From IMG/VR virus record IMGVR_UViG_3300025413_000008: a stretch of DNA of 64,000 bases. One strand, written 5' to 3'. Under the pieces are notes generated by a model. It was not told where the DNA came from, ran no database searches, and saw nothing but the letters and a program-made list of their open reading frames with translations. Of this stretch, positions 1 to 8,482 are shown piece after piece (position 1 is the first letter of the stretch; each line of letters opens with the position of its first letter). This DNA comes from a virus. Its lineage: Duplodnaviria > Heunggongvirae > Uroviricota > Caudoviricetes. The position numbers were made by a program, and so were the translations under genes.

Positions 1-76
1 GCTGCATCGTCAGCCACATTCCCGGCATCAAGACTTGGTTTTAATATTTTCCAAATTTCACTGATAAGTGCTAAAC

Positions 77-667
77 TCATTTTTCCTCCCCAATCTCACC
101 AAATAGTGGATACCACGTGAATTCCATTCCTTCGGTAAACATCTGCTGACCAAAGCCCATGTTTGTAGTCTTAAATAAATAGCAATGATCCATAGAAGAT
201 ATAGGTTTATTTACCTCTGTAATTTCCCCAGTTTCTTTGTTAAGATCAAACACATGGAACATGCCATTTTTCTTAATGGCATCAACTAATGCCTGACCAT
301 CATCAAAAATGGCACCATCCGCTATAACATCTTTGGTTACTTGTTCCTTTACCGCATACAATAACCAATATAATGCGGGTCCTTTTCTATACTGAACTGG
401 AACAAAAACTATTGCTACGTCAAGATAATCTTTACCGGCAATTTTTGCATTTTCCAATGTCAACATGCCGACAATATTACCATCTGACTTAACTAACATA
501 AATTTGTTATCGTAACGATATAGGGCATAATCTTTTCTTACATCAGCCAGTTTAGTTGCTTTCCCTAACAATTTACTATATGACTGCTGAAATTCTGATG
601 ATGTAGTAGGTTTTTCTGGAAATTTACCTGCCTGAAACGCCTCGGCTATTTGGTTAATCTTAACCAT
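77..667 (-). CDS. Hypothetical protein, possibly GNAT-like fold; probable start MVKINQ at 667 (or 673)
   Basis: ORF overlaps the uvsX stop. Segment FVPVQYRKGPALYWLL loosely resembles the GNAT acetyl-CoA-binding motif. Confidence 0.55.
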   Translation of the reverse strand: MVKINQIAEAFQAGKFPEKPTTSSEFQQSYSKLLGKATKLADVRKDYALYRYDNKFMLVKSDGNIVGMLTLENAKIAGKDYLDVAIVFVPVQYRKGPALYWLLYAVKEQVTKDVIADGAIFDDGQALVDAIKKNGMFHVFDLNKETGEITEVNKPISSMDHCYLFKTTNMGFGQQMFTEGMEFTWYPLFGEIGEEK

Positions 668-1730
668 CGTCATCAACCGTTTCATCCTCAATAAGTGCGA
701 TTGTAGCAGGATGCTTGCCAAATTCTGTCATGATGGTATCAAGACATTCGTCGGTGTTTGCTTCCCATGCCTTTCGGAATTTTTTAATGATGGTTCCATC
801 AATTTTCTTGTAAACAAGAGAGTTACCTTCCTTGGAGAGCAACTTCATTGATTCAAACATGTCAGTAAGCCCCGAATATGGACTCATTCCCGTATCATAT
901 GGAATCTTGACCTGAACCGATTCAAAAGGCTTGGCATAGCGTGTTTTCATAACTTTACATGCTGCGCGAATACCTCTGACTTCACTGGTCTTATTTCCAT
1001 CTTCGTCTTCCTTGAGTTTAAGTTTTTTCATAGCAACAACGATTGATGATGCATATACGAAACCCTGTCCACCAGAAATTTTGTCATCCGGATCAAACAT
1101 ATCTTGCGAAGCATACGTGTGATTTGTTGCTACAAGACCGACATTATGGCTACCGAACATGTTTACGCAGTTACGAACAAGCGCGGTAAGAGCCTTAGGT
1201 TTGCGTCCCATATCGCCTTTCAAGTCACCACCTTCAAACTGATTTACATCGGTTGGGGTTAGCAACATACCAAGAGAGTCAATGATGAATAGAACCTTTG
1301 GCTTGTCGGTATCTGTCATCTCTTTGTAACTCTTCATAAATTCACTGATGGTTTTAGCAACATCGTCAATCATTGCCATGTTCAGTTTAAGCAATTTGCT
1401 TTCACTTGTATCTACACCAAGTGCATGTAGCCATTTTTCGTCAAGTGCATTTTCACTATCAATAAGAACTACATATATTCCTTGTTCCTGTGCATGCCTG
1501 ACCAAATTTCCTGAACAGATATATGATTTTCCCGCTCCCGATTCACCTGCAAACACGGTAACTTTACCGAGCGGAACTCCCTTTTTGAAGTCGTTACTGA
1601 TGCGATAGTTTAATGCATAGTTTCCCGTGCTTACCCAATCTGTTGGGTCATTAAATCCGATGCTAAGACCATCAATTGCCTTAGAAATTCCTTTTCTGAA
1701 TTTACTGATATCAAACGGCTTAGTTGTCAA
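660..1730 (-). CDS. uvsX: UvsX/RecA-like recombinase
   Basis: Walker A GESGAGKS, IDSENALD, Walker B FIIDSLG, GGQGFVYASS; lies next to gp32 as in T4-like phages. Confidence 0.95.
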   Translation of the reverse strand: MTTKPFDISKFRKGISKAIDGLSIGFNDPTDWVSTGNYALNYRISNDFKKGVPLGKVTVFAGESGAGKSYICSGNLVRHAQEQGIYVVLIDSENALDEKWLHALGVDTSESKLLKLNMAMIDDVAKTISEFMKSYKEMTDTDKPKVLFIIDSLGMLLTPTDVNQFEGGDLKGDMGRKPKALTALVRNCVNMFGSHNVGLVATNHTYASQDMFDPDDKISGGQGFVYASSIVVAMKKLKLKEDEDGNKTSEVRGIRAACKVMKTRYAKPFESVQVKIPYDTGMSPYSGLTDMFESMKLLSKEGNSLVYKKIDGTIIKKFRKAWEANTDECLDTIMTEFGKHPATIALIEDETVDDDG

Positions 1731-1742
1731 ATTAATCTCCTA

Positions 1743-1973
1743 TTATCGTGCAATTTGTTTTAGTTTATCGTTATATACTTGTTTTTCAAGCAGTTCCGGA
1801 CTATTAATAGTCAACTGATCAATTTCATAATCACTTGGAAAGTGGCGCAAAATACCGCGCGCGCGATCACGAATAATGCTTGGAACTCGTGGCGTTTTAC
1901 CGGGATCGCAGAGTTCTTCTAATAACTTTTTTCCCTGCTTCAATGCGCGGTATCTATCCTCTGATGTTGTCAT
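1743..1973 (-). CDS. Small conserved hypothetical protein (resembles BPSL0761-type proteins, from memory)
   Basis: SD ACAGGAG upstream; motif DPGKTPRVPSIIRDRARGILRHFP. Confidence 0.7.
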   Translation of the reverse strand: MTTSEDRYRALKQGKKLLEELCDPGKTPRVPSIIRDRARGILRHFPSDYEIDQLTINSPELLEKQVYNDKLKQIAR

Positions 1974-1990
1974 ACGACTTCTCCTGTGTT

Positions 1991-2018
1991 AAAAAGTGGG
2001 GAGGGAAACCCTCCCCAC
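1991..2018 (-). terminator. Rho-independent terminator after gp32
   Basis: Perfect 10-bp stem GTGGGGAGGG/CCCTCCCCAC with 3-nt loop, followed by TTTTT on the minus strand. Confidence 0.9.
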
Positions 2019-2024
2019 ATCTAA

Positions 2025-3014
2025 TTACTTAGATTGGCGAGCGCGGATCATCGCAAGGATGTCCTGTGCTTTATCAGTTGAAGTTGACTTTTCTGGAACC
2101 ACGATTGGATCAACGTCAAATGGAACATCGTCATCAATTGGTTCAGAGACAGTTGGTGCAGTAGCGGTTGCGCTGGTTTCAGCAGTCGCTGGTTTTTGAG
2201 ACGCTACTGCACCTTCCGGTGCTGCCAATCCATAAGGACGGTAGTATGCACCCCACTTATCGTTGTCATAAGGGCGACCATCAACGGATGCTTCAAACAT
2301 TTCCTTGATAATACGAAGTTCTGCATCGCTTGGTTTCTTTGGTAGGAAACTCTTGAGGTCAAACAGACCGTGCGCGTCAATTGCTGCCAATTCTGCTTCT
2401 GTTAGCGGGGACTCTTTACGCGCATAGTTGGACGTAGTGTAATCCCCATATCCTCCCTTGGCAGTCTTACGGATAACGAAATCAAGACCACTGACATAAT
2501 CGGTTGGGAGTTCGCTCATTTCAGGGTCCATCAGGCCAGTTTTAATGATTGGAATGATCTGTGGCGTAATGATAAAACGGCGAATAGGATTGGCTGGAGC
2601 AACATCATCACCAAGTGGATTTACACGAACAAATCCTTGGAACAGATATGTGCGCTTCTTCCAATATTTACCAGCAAGTTCCTTCAATGTGTCATCTTTA
2701 TACCAAGGACGAACTTCTGCGAGAACTGGACAGTTATCGCCATACATTTCTACGCAAGGAACCTGAACAGTTAAAGGTTTGCTGTTGGAATCACCCTTAA
2801 TTCCATTGAAGGGCAACTTGATCATTGCTCTTTCTACCCAGAAAAACGAATTTGTTGGATCATTATCTGGAAGAAAACGTAAAGTTGCTGTGGAGCCTTC
2901 TGTCATGTTCCAGAAGGGATAAATTGCATTGTCTGATTGTGAGTTGGAACCTTTGTTCTGTCCCTTGTTTTCTGCGGCTGCAATGCGAGCGCGGATTTCT
3001 GCTAAGTTTGCCAT
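2025..3014 (-). CDS. 32: T4 gp32-like single-stranded DNA-binding protein
   Basis: LRFLP, CPV, YWKK, DFVIRKTAKGGYGDY motifs; acidic flexible C-terminal tail; SD AAGGAG. Confidence 0.9.
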   Translation of the reverse strand: MANLAEIRARIAAAENKGQNKGSNSQSDNAIYPFWNMTEGSTATLRFLPDNDPTNSFFWVERAMIKLPFNGIKGDSNSKPLTVQVPCVEMYGDNCPVLAEVRPWYKDDTLKELAGKYWKKRTYLFQGFVRVNPLGDDVAPANPIRRFIITPQIIPIIKTGLMDPEMSELPTDYVSGLDFVIRKTAKGGYGDYTTSNYARKESPLTEAELAAIDAHGLFDLKSFLPKKPSDAELRIIKEMFEASVDGRPYDNDKWGAYYRPYGLAAPEGAVASQKPATAETSATATAPTVSEPIDDDVPFDVDPIVVPEKSTSTDKAQDILAMIRARQSK

Positions 3015-3093
3015 TTGTTTTTCTCCTTTTAAATGTGCTTTGTTTTGAGCTAAATGTTAGATTTAATGTTTTGCTTTTGGAGCACACTTTATG

Positions 3094-3122
3094 GTTATAT
3101 AACAATAACCACTCAGTGTCAA
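3094..3122 (-). promoter_or_regulatory. Sigma70-type promoter of gp32 (TTGACA-17-TATAAC), with a late-type CTAAATA just upstream at 3124-3130
   Basis: Exact -35 hexamer and 17-bp spacer, read directly. Confidence 0.8.
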
Positions 3123-3169
3123 GTATTTAGTTTCGGGATTTACCCAAAATATGTAATTATATTGCGCGA

Positions 3170-5848
3170 TCAGTATCTGAAACGCGCAATATCCAAGATT
3201 CTGGTAAGTTCATCATTCTCGGCACTTTCGTTGGCACCAACCAACTTACCAATGTTATTATTTTTGACTTTTTCGGTTGGTCCAAGCTGTCCTACGCGCT
3301 TTTGTTCTGGTCCTAAATTTTCTTCAAGTTCTTCTGATCCTGCTTCCGCTTCTGCCTCTTCACGCGAAGAACATGGTCCACCACGATCTACAATGTGACC
3401 ATTCTTTGCACGGGTCCAGAACCATTCTCCATGACCAAGTTCATCAGCATCTTGCCAGACTTTTATATCATCTGACATTTTCATTGCTGGATCATCCCAT
3501 CCTTCAGGAATACCAAGAGGATTGTTTGAAGTTAAACTTTCGTTATCTGCTTCCGCAATGTCTTCTTTTGTGGTTTTATTGCCCCAGTTTTTGGCACCCT
3601 TTTTGCGACACTGCACTAATGCACCGCTTGCATATGCAGAAGGCCAGACCTTGTAGCGAGATTTGACTTTACGATAACATGCATCCTGCTTTTCGTTAAT
3701 CATCTCTTCGTTGACTAACTCACCGCCACAATGCGGACATTTTTCTTCACTTTCATTTTTTACACAGTTAGGGTATGTCTTGCCGAACATCTTTTTGTTA
3801 CCATCCTTATGATAACCCTTCCAGCAATTTTCATCCATATTTTGCACATTCTCATGGGTTTCGCACATGCCGCAATCGGGACATGTCATTTCCATTTCTA
3901 CACTTTCATTATGTTTTTTACGCCCCTTGCAATGCGCTTTTTGACTAAATCCTTTTGGATGTGAACAGTCAATGCTGCTCTTATATTTTTGGCTCCACTT
4001 TTCAGCCAATAGATTTTCATCTAACGATTCATCGGCTTTCTTTTTCTTAGTGGCAACATTTATTGCCTTGCCATGGCGGTCTGGGTTTGGGTCTTCTTTG
4101 CGTTTGCGAGTGGCTGCACTTGCTCTGCCTTTTTTGCCCAATGCTTGCGCCTTTTTCTGTGGGAGACACTTTGGTTTGCCCTCACTATCACTTCCTCTGG
4201 CACATGGACCCTTTATTTTCCCATTTGGACCGAATCTAACCCATTTTTCTTTAAACCACTTGTGGAGATTTTCTTCCAATTCAGTTGTTTCATTTACATC
4301 GTGAGGGTTTTCAAGAGTAGAAACGTGATGACGAGTTACGTTTCCATCTTTATCTTTAATTGAATATGACTCACCGTTATTATGTTTTTTAACAACTGTT
4401 CCATGCAGTCCAGCATGATCACCATTTATGACTTTAGTATTATCACCGGGACTAAGTTCAAATTCCCAGTTTTTAAATTCTTCGTCTATTTCAGTAGCTT
4501 CATACATGGTGTCATCTACTTTTTTCATAGCAGATGTTACCCCTGTTCTTCTTCTCGCGGCCTTTTTTTCCAAGTCAGACGCTTGACTGGCATACTTATT
4601 TTTGGCAGTATATGAAGTTAATTTTTTTGCTCTTTTTCTCAAATCTTCAGACTTATCAACTTTTGCTTTGTAATCGTCCGCAGCAGCCTGAATATATGGG
4701 TCTTCCGATTTTAATTCATCAAGTTCCATTGTTTCATTTACTAGAGCATCTGCCCAATCGGCAAGTTCATTTATTTCTCTTGCTTCTGATACGTTCTTGT
4801 GCAGGCGGGAAAGTATTGGCATTACCGATTCAATGCGTGGATCAAGACTTGAGCTTTTAAACATCTCACTGATGTCTACCGAACCGTCATCTTCCATTAA
4901 GGTTGGCGTCCATGATTCAAAATACATGTTATAACCGCGATGGCCAGTGAGTTTGTTAAGATTTTCACGTAAACCATTATAATGGTTGATGCCTTCGTTT
5001 ACGAGGGTTTGAACAGATTCGTTAAACTGTTTATTCTTGGTAGCACGAACAAATCCAGCCATTTTGCTATATTCTTCGCAGAGACCTTTAATATGGTTCC
5101 AGCGTTCATCGTTAGGAACGCCACCTTCTGCAATGTGGCGAGCATATACGCGAGCCAGACCGGGGCGAGTAGTGGGAGCCAAGAAACGTTCCCCATCTAC
5201 GTTTTCAAGATAGATTTTGGCAACGTTGCGATAACGCTGTTCGCCTTCTTCAAGAGCACGGTTATGTTGCAAGACAATCTTTACATTAGGAACAGCATCG
5301 TTGTATGATGCTTTTTTACCCATTGAGTAATATCCCTCTTCCACCTTTTCTTTACCGTAATTTTTGCAACCCTTTATATGGGGAATGGAAGATTTGGCTA
5401 AAGAATCACAGCAGTCTCGCATGCCTTTTCCGTATTTGCCTTCGCCTAATTTCTTTTTCATCTTGTAATATTCTCGCTGTTTCATATCGTCACCAAGACG
5501 GTCTTTGTTTGACAATTCAAAACTCATCTGTTTACGCTGTGCCCACTGTTTTAAAAGTTTAAGAAAACCCGTCCATGTATCATCATAGTCAAGCCCCGGT
5601 GTTTCTACATCAGGACTATCTTCTTGTTCTTCATCATAATACACGATCAGTGTTTGGGCATCATCAATGCTTACCCAAACTTTACCATAATCTTCGTCAT
5701 TTTTGATAAAATTAAATTCAATAACGTCCGCATCTTGCGAAGCATTGACGCGCTGATTTTTGTAGTTAAGGGGTGTAGGTTTATAACCTCTTACTTTGAG
5801 AAGGTCATATAACTTATGATTGAATGAGGAGTTGTCAATGTTTGCCAT
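3170..5848 (-). CDS. 892-aa modular late protein, probable prohead/internal head polyprotein
   Basis: Late box 5 nt before ATG. Basic Cys-containing modules alternate with acidic linkers ending in LEE/LDE/INE/VEE; KOW-like segment. Confidence 0.75.
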   Translation of the reverse strand: MANIDNSSFNHKLYDLLKVRGYKPTPLNYKNQRVNASQDADVIEFNFIKNDEDYGKVWVSIDDAQTLIVYYDEEQEDSPDVETPGLDYDDTWTGFLKLLKQWAQRKQMSFELSNKDRLGDDMKQREYYKMKKKLGEGKYGKGMRDCCDSLAKSSIPHIKGCKNYGKEKVEEGYYSMGKKASYNDAVPNVKIVLQHNRALEEGEQRYRNVAKIYLENVDGERFLAPTTRPGLARVYARHIAEGGVPNDERWNHIKGLCEEYSKMAGFVRATKNKQFNESVQTLVNEGINHYNGLRENLNKLTGHRGYNMYFESWTPTLMEDDGSVDISEMFKSSSLDPRIESVMPILSRLHKNVSEAREINELADWADALVNETMELDELKSEDPYIQAAADDYKAKVDKSEDLRKRAKKLTSYTAKNKYASQASDLEKKAARRRTGVTSAMKKVDDTMYEATEIDEEFKNWEFELSPGDNTKVINGDHAGLHGTVVKKHNNGESYSIKDKDGNVTRHHVSTLENPHDVNETTELEENLHKWFKEKWVRFGPNGKIKGPCARGSDSEGKPKCLPQKKAQALGKKGRASAATRKRKEDPNPDRHGKAINVATKKKKADESLDENLLAEKWSQKYKSSIDCSHPKGFSQKAHCKGRKKHNESVEMEMTCPDCGMCETHENVQNMDENCWKGYHKDGNKKMFGKTYPNCVKNESEEKCPHCGGELVNEEMINEKQDACYRKVKSRYKVWPSAYASGALVQCRKKGAKNWGNKTTKEDIAEADNESLTSNNPLGIPEGWDDPAMKMSDDIKVWQDADELGHGEWFWTRAKNGHIVDRGGPCSSREEAEAEAGSEELEENLGPEQKRVGQLGPTEKVKNNNIGKLVGANESAENDELTRILDIARFRY

Positions 5849-5853
5849 AGGAC

Positions 5854-5877
5854 TATTTATGCTTACGGTGATAAATA
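5854..5877. promoter_or_regulatory. Back-to-back divergent T4 late-type promoter boxes (CATAAATA minus strand 5854-5861; GATAAATA plus strand 5870-5877)
   Basis: Match to T4 late consensus TATAAATA; each box faces a gene. Confidence 0.7.
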
Positions 5878-5938
5878 TAATTGTAGTTCACGAGATTGCA
5901 GTCCCTAACTACTCTAACGCTATCGAGGAGCATCAGCT

Positions 5939-6652
5939 ATGACTATTTATTCACCTAACAGCCATCGTAAAATCTACATAGAGCATTATGGTCCCATTCC
6001 TAAAGATGAGGATGGTCGCACTTATGAAATACACCACATTGATGGAGATCATTCTAACAACGATCCAGCTAACCTAAAATGCGTATCAATACAAGAGCAT
6101 TATGATATTCATTATTACCAAGGTGACTGGGGTGCTTGTTTTGCAATGGCAAAACGAATGGAGTTATCACCTGAAGAAACGGCAGAGTTATCCAGAAAAT
6201 GTCAAAATAAGTTAGTCAAAGCCGGAACTCATCATTGGTTAGGACCTGATTTCAACCTGAGGCGAATAGCAGCAGGCACTCACCCGTTCGGAGACCTAGA
6301 ATGGCAGAATAAAAAAGCCAAAGAGTTAGTAAAGAATGGTAAGCACAATTTTTTGGGAGGAAAGATACAAAGCCGAAACAATAAGAAACGATTAGCTAAT
6401 GGAACCCACCCATCACAGATTATGATGACATGTCCGTATTGCGAAAAAACAATGGGTAGCAATAATTATGCGAAATATCACGGAGATAAGTGTCTATCAC
6501 GACCAGAAAACGCCAATGTCGTTCGCACTAATAATCCCACTTACCCAGAATGGAAATGTGAGTGTTGCGATAAGGAAGGCAAAGGCATACACAATTATAG
6601 ACGATGGCACGGAGATAATTGTAAACTAACCGAGAACCGCAAAAAAAGGTAA
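5939..6652 (+). CDS. Free-standing HNH homing endonuclease
   Basis: YEIHHIDGDHSNNDPANLKCVSIQEHYDIH HNH motif; C-terminal CxxC...HGDxC modules; SD GAGGAG; the only credible plus-strand gene. Confidence 0.9.
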   Translation: MTIYSPNSHRKIYIEHYGPIPKDEDGRTYEIHHIDGDHSNNDPANLKCVSIQEHYDIHYYQGDWGACFAMAKRMELSPEETAELSRKCQNKLVKAGTHHWLGPDFNLRRIAAGTHPFGDLEWQNKKAKELVKNGKHNFLGGKIQSRNNKKRLANGTHPSQIMMTCPYCEKTMGSNNYAKYHGDKCLSRPENANVVRTNNPTYPEWKCECCDKEGKGIHNYRRWHGDNCKLTENRKKR

Positions 6653-8173
6653 GGGCAGTACAATTTCGTCATGGTCTCTGATTTGTGCTTCAAGATCACC
6701 GTGATAATCTGCCAATAAAGTCATGATTCTAACCGCCAATAAAGAAGACATCACAAGGTCATCGTGTTCTCCCACTTTTGCTGCATAACTTCCACCGTGT
6801 GCCACAAACGTCTTAAGTTCACTGATCAACGGTCTACTGTATATCTTCATTCTTTTTGATTCAAGAAGTGTCTTAAACTTTGCACATGCAGAAAGTTTTA
6901 CCTTGTTAGTAGTATTAAAACCTCTACGTTTTTTACCCGGCTCACTCATGAATATACCCGGAATATTTGATTCACCATATTCATTTAATGAAATAATAGC
7001 AGCTTCACCAATTGAATTGTTTTCTATAGAATAATAGACGTTATTTGGCTCGTTTGTTATGTCTACAATGTATTTTGTAATCTGTGCGAGCAATTTTATC
7101 TGATTTGGAATATCAGTTTTGTTGTGTTTCCACTCACCAATCTGAGTGGTGGTAGATGCTTCAAATATTTGAATTGCTGCTGGGTCTCCGCCCGTCCCTA
7201 ACGAAGGATCAAGGGCAGCAACATATAACATTCCCTTCTTCGGTTTTTGATACCAACGAACCTGCCCCATACGAGAAACTGGTTCAATTCCAGAAAGATC
7301 AATAAGCGTGTTTGGGTTAATCAGGGTTTCATCTGCGATGATGAATTCTGTTAAAATTTCGCGACGGAAACGGTCTTCACCAAGTTTTGCTCGCATTTCT
7401 GCTTCATATTCAGGGCCGCGTTCTGGATGCTCATCCCATGTTGATTTAAATGCTTTAAAACCATTGAAACCAACATCTGTGGTATTACCAAACTCATCTT
7501 CTGTTTTGTTTGCACCTTTCCAAATAAGAGCGAACTGATCTTCGTCTGAGTTTGGTGTAGATGTAATAATACATTTACCGCCAGTTGACAAGGTAGGAGT
7601 AATAGAAGTCCAGAACTCAGTGGCGATAGATGGTCTAACGAACGCAAATTCGTCCATATACAACAAGGAGATAGACATACCACGACCTGTATTTTCAGTT
7701 GTAGTAGCAGAAACAATACGAGAACCATTCTCAAAATCAATAGAACCCTTGTTATAGGTTGTCACGCCTGCTTTGATATGGTCTGGACAATTTTCATAGG
7801 CATACCGAATACGAGTCATGATTTCCTGTGCGCCTGCATATTTGTGTGCTGCGATCAGAACGGTTGAATCAGGAATGAACATTGCATACCACAACAGGTA
7901 TCCTGCTGCTGAGGTGCTTTTGCCGGTCTGGCGCGGCATCAGTGATATACTGGAACGATATGTGTGATATACTTCTATAAGTCTTTTCTGAAAATCCCAT
8001 GGGCGATAGTGCATAGCGCCTTTTGTAGGGTGCTGAATCATGAAGAAGTTTGACATGAAATATAGATATCCGTTTACTGGATCGCAGCATTTCAGGAACT
8101 CTTGCAGTTCTTTGTCGTTTTTAAATACCGTTTTCTGGTATGGTGTTTTTATGAGAGAAGGTGTATTTGCCAT
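6626..8173 (-). CDS. 17: Terminase large subunit (T4 gp17-like)
   Basis: Walker A MPRQTGKS, Walker B LLYMDEFAF, coupling motif TSTPN, nuclease ALDPSLG and HDDLVMS. Confidence 0.95.
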   Translation of the reverse strand: MANTPSLIKTPYQKTVFKNDKELQEFLKCCDPVNGYLYFMSNFFMIQHPTKGAMHYRPWDFQKRLIEVYHTYRSSISLMPRQTGKSTSAAGYLLWYAMFIPDSTVLIAAHKYAGAQEIMTRIRYAYENCPDHIKAGVTTYNKGSIDFENGSRIVSATTTENTGRGMSISLLYMDEFAFVRPSIATEFWTSITPTLSTGGKCIITSTPNSDEDQFALIWKGANKTEDEFGNTTDVGFNGFKAFKSTWDEHPERGPEYEAEMRAKLGEDRFRREILTEFIIADETLINPNTLIDLSGIEPVSRMGQVRWYQKPKKGMLYVAALDPSLGTGGDPAAIQIFEASTTTQIGEWKHNKTDIPNQIKLLAQITKYIVDITNEPNNVYYSIENNSIGEAAIISLNEYGESNIPGIFMSEPGKKRRGFNTTNKVKLSACAKFKTLLESKRMKIYSRPLISELKTFVAHGGSYAAKVGEHDDLVMSSLLAVRIMTLLADYHGDLEAQIRDHDEIVLPLPFFAVLG

Positions 8174-8197
8174 AGTATAATTATTTAGTTTTGTGTG

Positions 8198-8482
8198 TTA
8201 CTTTTTTGAGAAAGGGTCTTCGCCTGTCAAATGCGGTTTAGCAAACATCACTTTAAACCATTCAGGATCACCCGGTTTTATGTTGTTTTCGCGCATATAT
8301 TGTTGTTTCTTGGCGTTCAGTGCGGTATCAATTTCTGCTGTAGTTTCACCAGTAATCTTTCCCCCACCACTAAGCCGTTTCAATTCATCAAGTGACATGT
8401 CTTTTTCAGGCAGTGGCTTAAGATTACGCATATTTTGGTGTGCGTTCATCAGTTTAGCTTGTTGAAATGGATCAAACATCAT
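8198..8482 (-). CDS. Hypothetical 94-aa protein; start MMFDPF at 8482
   Basis: ATGA overlap with the stop of the upstream fibre gene. Confidence 0.7.
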   Translation of the reverse strand: MMFDPFQQAKLMNAHQNMRNLKPLPEKDMSLDELKRLSGGGKITGETTAEIDTALNAKKQQYMRENNIKPGDPEWFKVMFAKPHLTGEDPFSKK

